Source of the DNA: Alphaproteobacteria bacterium
GTDB taxonomy: Bacteria; Pseudomonadota; Alphaproteobacteria; Rhizobiales; JAKIUO01
NCBI GenBank assembly: GCA_024280895.1
Contig: JAJRPI010000014.1
Span: forward strand, 20,893 to 84,892
Direction: 5' to 3'
DNA: 64,000 nt
Positions 61,661-64,000 of the stretch are shown in pieces (position 1 is the first letter of the stretch; every line of letters starts with the position of its first letter). Position numbers and translations under genes: made by a program. The notes under the pieces were generated by a model. That model saw only the letters and a list, made by a program, of their open reading frames with translations, searched no databases and was not told the DNA's origin.

Positions 61661-62554
61661 ATGACGAGAAAAATGACCAGATATTCTTTAAAATCTCAGG
61701 CCACCGGGTGGTTGCTATTAATGCCGGCAGCGGTTTTTCTCATCGCCTTCACCTATTACCCGACCATTGCCACATTGGCGAAAAGCTTCTTCTCGCAAGG
61801 GACCGCTCTTAGGCCCTCGCAGTTTGTCGGGCTCGAAAACTATGCCTCCTTGCTCGACGATGAAGTATTCTGGAAAGTTGCCAGAAACAATATTATCTAT
61901 GCTGGCATCACCATTCCTATTTCCATTGCCCTGGCACTTCTCATGGCCATCTGGGTGAACGGTCGCCTGCCGCTAAGATCACTGACCCGCATAAGCTATT
62001 TCACCCCCACTATCCTGCCGATGATCGCTGTTGCCAATATCTGGCTATTCTTTTATACGCCCGAAATCGGACTGCTGGATCAGACATTGCGCGGGGCTGG
62101 ATTTAATGGCCACAACTGGCTGGGGGATCCCAACACGGTGCTTGGCTGCATTATTGTTGTGACGATCTGGAAGGAATCCGGATTTTTCATGATTTTTTAT
62201 CTGGCGGCCCTGCAATCCCTGCCCCCCGAACTGGAAGAAGCCGCCAAGCTTGAAGGGGCCAGTCGGTGGACCTATTTTCGCCGCGTCATGTTCCCCCTGC
62301 TCATGCCCACAACTCTGTTCGTGATGATCAACGCGGTCATCAACTCGTTTAAACTTGTTGATCACCTGTTTATCCTGACAAAAGGTGGACCAGATAATTC
62401 CAGCTCGTTGCTGCTTTATTATATTTATGAGGTTGCCTTCAGCTTCCTTGATCAGGCTTACGCTTCGACGCTGACGGTTATTCTGCTCGGTGCGCTTGCC
62501 GCCATCGCCATTGCACAATTCGTATTCATAGACAAAAAGGTTCACTACCAATGA
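61661..62554 (+). CDS. carbohydrate ABC transporter permease (UgpA-like)
   Basis: EAA motif EEAAKLEGAS, TKGGP; six TM segments. Confidence 0.93.
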   Translation: MTRKMTRYSLKSQATGWLLLMPAAVFLIAFTYYPTIATLAKSFFSQGTALRPSQFVGLENYASLLDDEVFWKVARNNIIYAGITIPISIALALLMAIWVNGRLPLRSLTRISYFTPTILPMIAVANIWLFFYTPEIGLLDQTLRGAGFNGHNWLGDPNTVLGCIIVVTIWKESGFFMIFYLAALQSLPPELEEAAKLEGASRWTYFRRVMFPLLMPTTLFVMINAVINSFKLVDHLFILTKGGPDNSSSLLLYYIYEVAFSFLDQAYASTLTVILLGALAAIAIAQFVFIDKKVHYQ

Positions 62555-63378
62555 GCCAGCTATCTCAAAAACGAGGATTTGGATTCGCTCTGGAAACAGG
62601 GGCAGCATGGCTATTGGCATTTTTCTGGATACTGCTCCTGATCTATGCGTTCTGGGCCGCCTTTCATCCCGCTGAATACGCCACCCGGTTTGAGCTGTTC
62701 GCCCCTCTCACCCTGGAAAATTTCCGCATTGCCTGGTCGCAGGCGCCCTTTGCCCGTTATTTCTTCAACACATTCGTCCTCGTGACGATCATTTTGATCG
62801 CCCAATTCATCTTGTGCACGCTGGCTGCCTATTCATTTGCTCGCTTCGAGTTTCGCGGCAAGTCGATCGCCTTTGCGCTGGTGTTGCTACAGCTGATGAT
62901 CATGCCCGAAGTGCTAATTGTCGAAAACTACATCACCATGAGTAAGCTGGGATTTGTTGATACGATCACCGGCATTGGCTTGCCTTACATGGCCAGCGCT
63001 TTTGGTATTTTTCTGTTGCGCCAAACGTTTAAGACCATCCCGACGGATCTGGAGGATGCTGCCACGATCGAGGGCTGCTCGCAGCTACAGGTTTTATGGA
63101 AAGTTTATGTGCCGTTGGCCAAGCCCACCTATGTGGCTTTTGGCCTGGTATCGGTCAGCTATCACTGGAATAATTTCCTCTGGCCATTGATCATAACCAA
63201 CTCGGTCACAACGCGACCTCTGACCGTTGGTCTGGCCATTTTCGGCGCGCCGGAATCGGGGGTTGACTGGTCCGTTATCACAGCAGGTACTCTGCTTTCC
63301 GTCGCCCCTTTGCTCGTTGCTTTTTTGCTGTTTCAGCGCCAATTCGTTCAGTCTTTCATGCACGCAGGTATCAAGTGA
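62551..63378 (+). CDS. carbohydrate ABC transporter permease (UgpE-like)
   Basis: LEDAATIEGCS, WNNFLWPL, FQRQF. Confidence 0.93.
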   Translation: MSQLSQKRGFGFALETGAAWLLAFFWILLLIYAFWAAFHPAEYATRFELFAPLTLENFRIAWSQAPFARYFFNTFVLVTIILIAQFILCTLAAYSFARFEFRGKSIAFALVLLQLMIMPEVLIVENYITMSKLGFVDTITGIGLPYMASAFGIFLLRQTFKTIPTDLEDAATIEGCSQLQVLWKVYVPLAKPTYVAFGLVSVSYHWNNFLWPLIITNSVTTRPLTVGLAIFGAPESGVDWSVITAGTLLSVAPLLVAFLLFQRQFVQSFMHAGIK

Positions 63379-64000
63379 TTAATATTGTAAGTTGGAATAT
63401 CCAGTGTGGTCGCGGTCTAGATGGCCAGATCGATCTGGCGCGCATTGCCAGCGACATCAAGTCGTTTGGTGATATCGACATCATCTGCCTGCAAGAAGTG
63501 GCACGCCATGATCCAGAGCTGGATGATGGAAAAGCTGAAGATCAAAAGGCCCTACTCTCCAAGTTCTTTGCGCACTATGAAGTTTTCTTTGGCCCAGCCC
63601 TTAGTCGCCGCTACGAGGGGGATCAGCATCGACGCCAATTTGGCAATATGGTGCTTTCACGATTGCCCGTCCTACAAGTATTCAACCACCTGCTGCCCCA
63701 ACCAGCCCCACCGGAGCCGTGCAAATATATGCTTCGCCAGGCGCTCGAAGTCGTTATCAACGGAAAGACAGGACCGTTTCGCGTCACCACCACCCATCTG
63801 GAATATCATAGCCCCGATCAGCGGCTGGCACAGGTTTCTCGCTTAATGGAGCTTCAAAGTGAGTGTGTCAGCGACAATATTTCCACAAATACCCCAAAAA
63901 TATCAGGGCCTTATGCCAAGATATCCCGGCCCGACACAAGCATTGTCTGTGGTGATTTCAACTCATTGCCTAACGACGAAGTGTATGAAACCATGATCAA
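63375..64000 (+). CDS. endonuclease/exonuclease/phosphatase (EEP) family protein, truncated by the window edge
   Basis: GTG overlapping the permease stop. Manual translation MINIVSWNIQCGRGLDG...ICLQEV...FGNMVLSR...TTHLE...CGDFNS. Not in the ORF track. Confidence 0.88.
   Translation, partial: MINIVSWNIQCGRGLDGQIDLARIASDIKSFGDIDIICLQEVARHDPELDDGKAEDQKALLSKFFAHYEVFFGPALSRRYEGDQHRRQFGNMVLSRLPVLQVFNHLLPQPAPPEPCKYMLRQALEVVINGKTGPFRVTTTHLEYHSPDQRLAQVSRLMELQSECVSDNISTNTPKISGPYAKISRPDTSIVCGDFNSLPNDEVYETMI

Noticed and set aside
63421..63846. 141-aa ORF from the track
   Set aside because: Wrong frame; the real gene is the EEP protein starting at 63375.

Overview
A 64-kb chromosomal window from an alphaproteobacterium, most likely Hyphomicrobiales/Rhizobiales (inferred from gene order and protein style). 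The housekeeping backbone is petABC-mtnP-apt, trmL-hemF, glnD, purS-purQ-purL, ttcA, bolA-grxD, rimO, fabI, tsaC, xseB and a thiolase plus acetoacetyl-CoA synthetase pair. Two catabolic modules follow: a formate module (atypical NtrC-like two-component system, OFA antiporter, NAD-linked formate dehydrogenase) and a DeoR-regulated Ugp-like ABC transporter with an EEP phosphatase. Accessory material is interspersed. It includes an exported WD40-caspase with a co-transcribed exported partner, a small GIY-YIG (Ssn-like) nuclease flanked by GTCATCCC hairpin repeats that recur elsewhere in the window, a tandem-TIR gene, a PcfJ-domain gene coupled to ttcA, two orphan ATPases, a split MCP-tail mini-protein, a candidate three-hairpin sRNA and at least four other palindromic repeat families. 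I saw no rRNA, tRNA, CRISPR array, integrase or transposase. All calls come from motif recognition by eye, with no database searches. Many start codons were refined from the ORF track.
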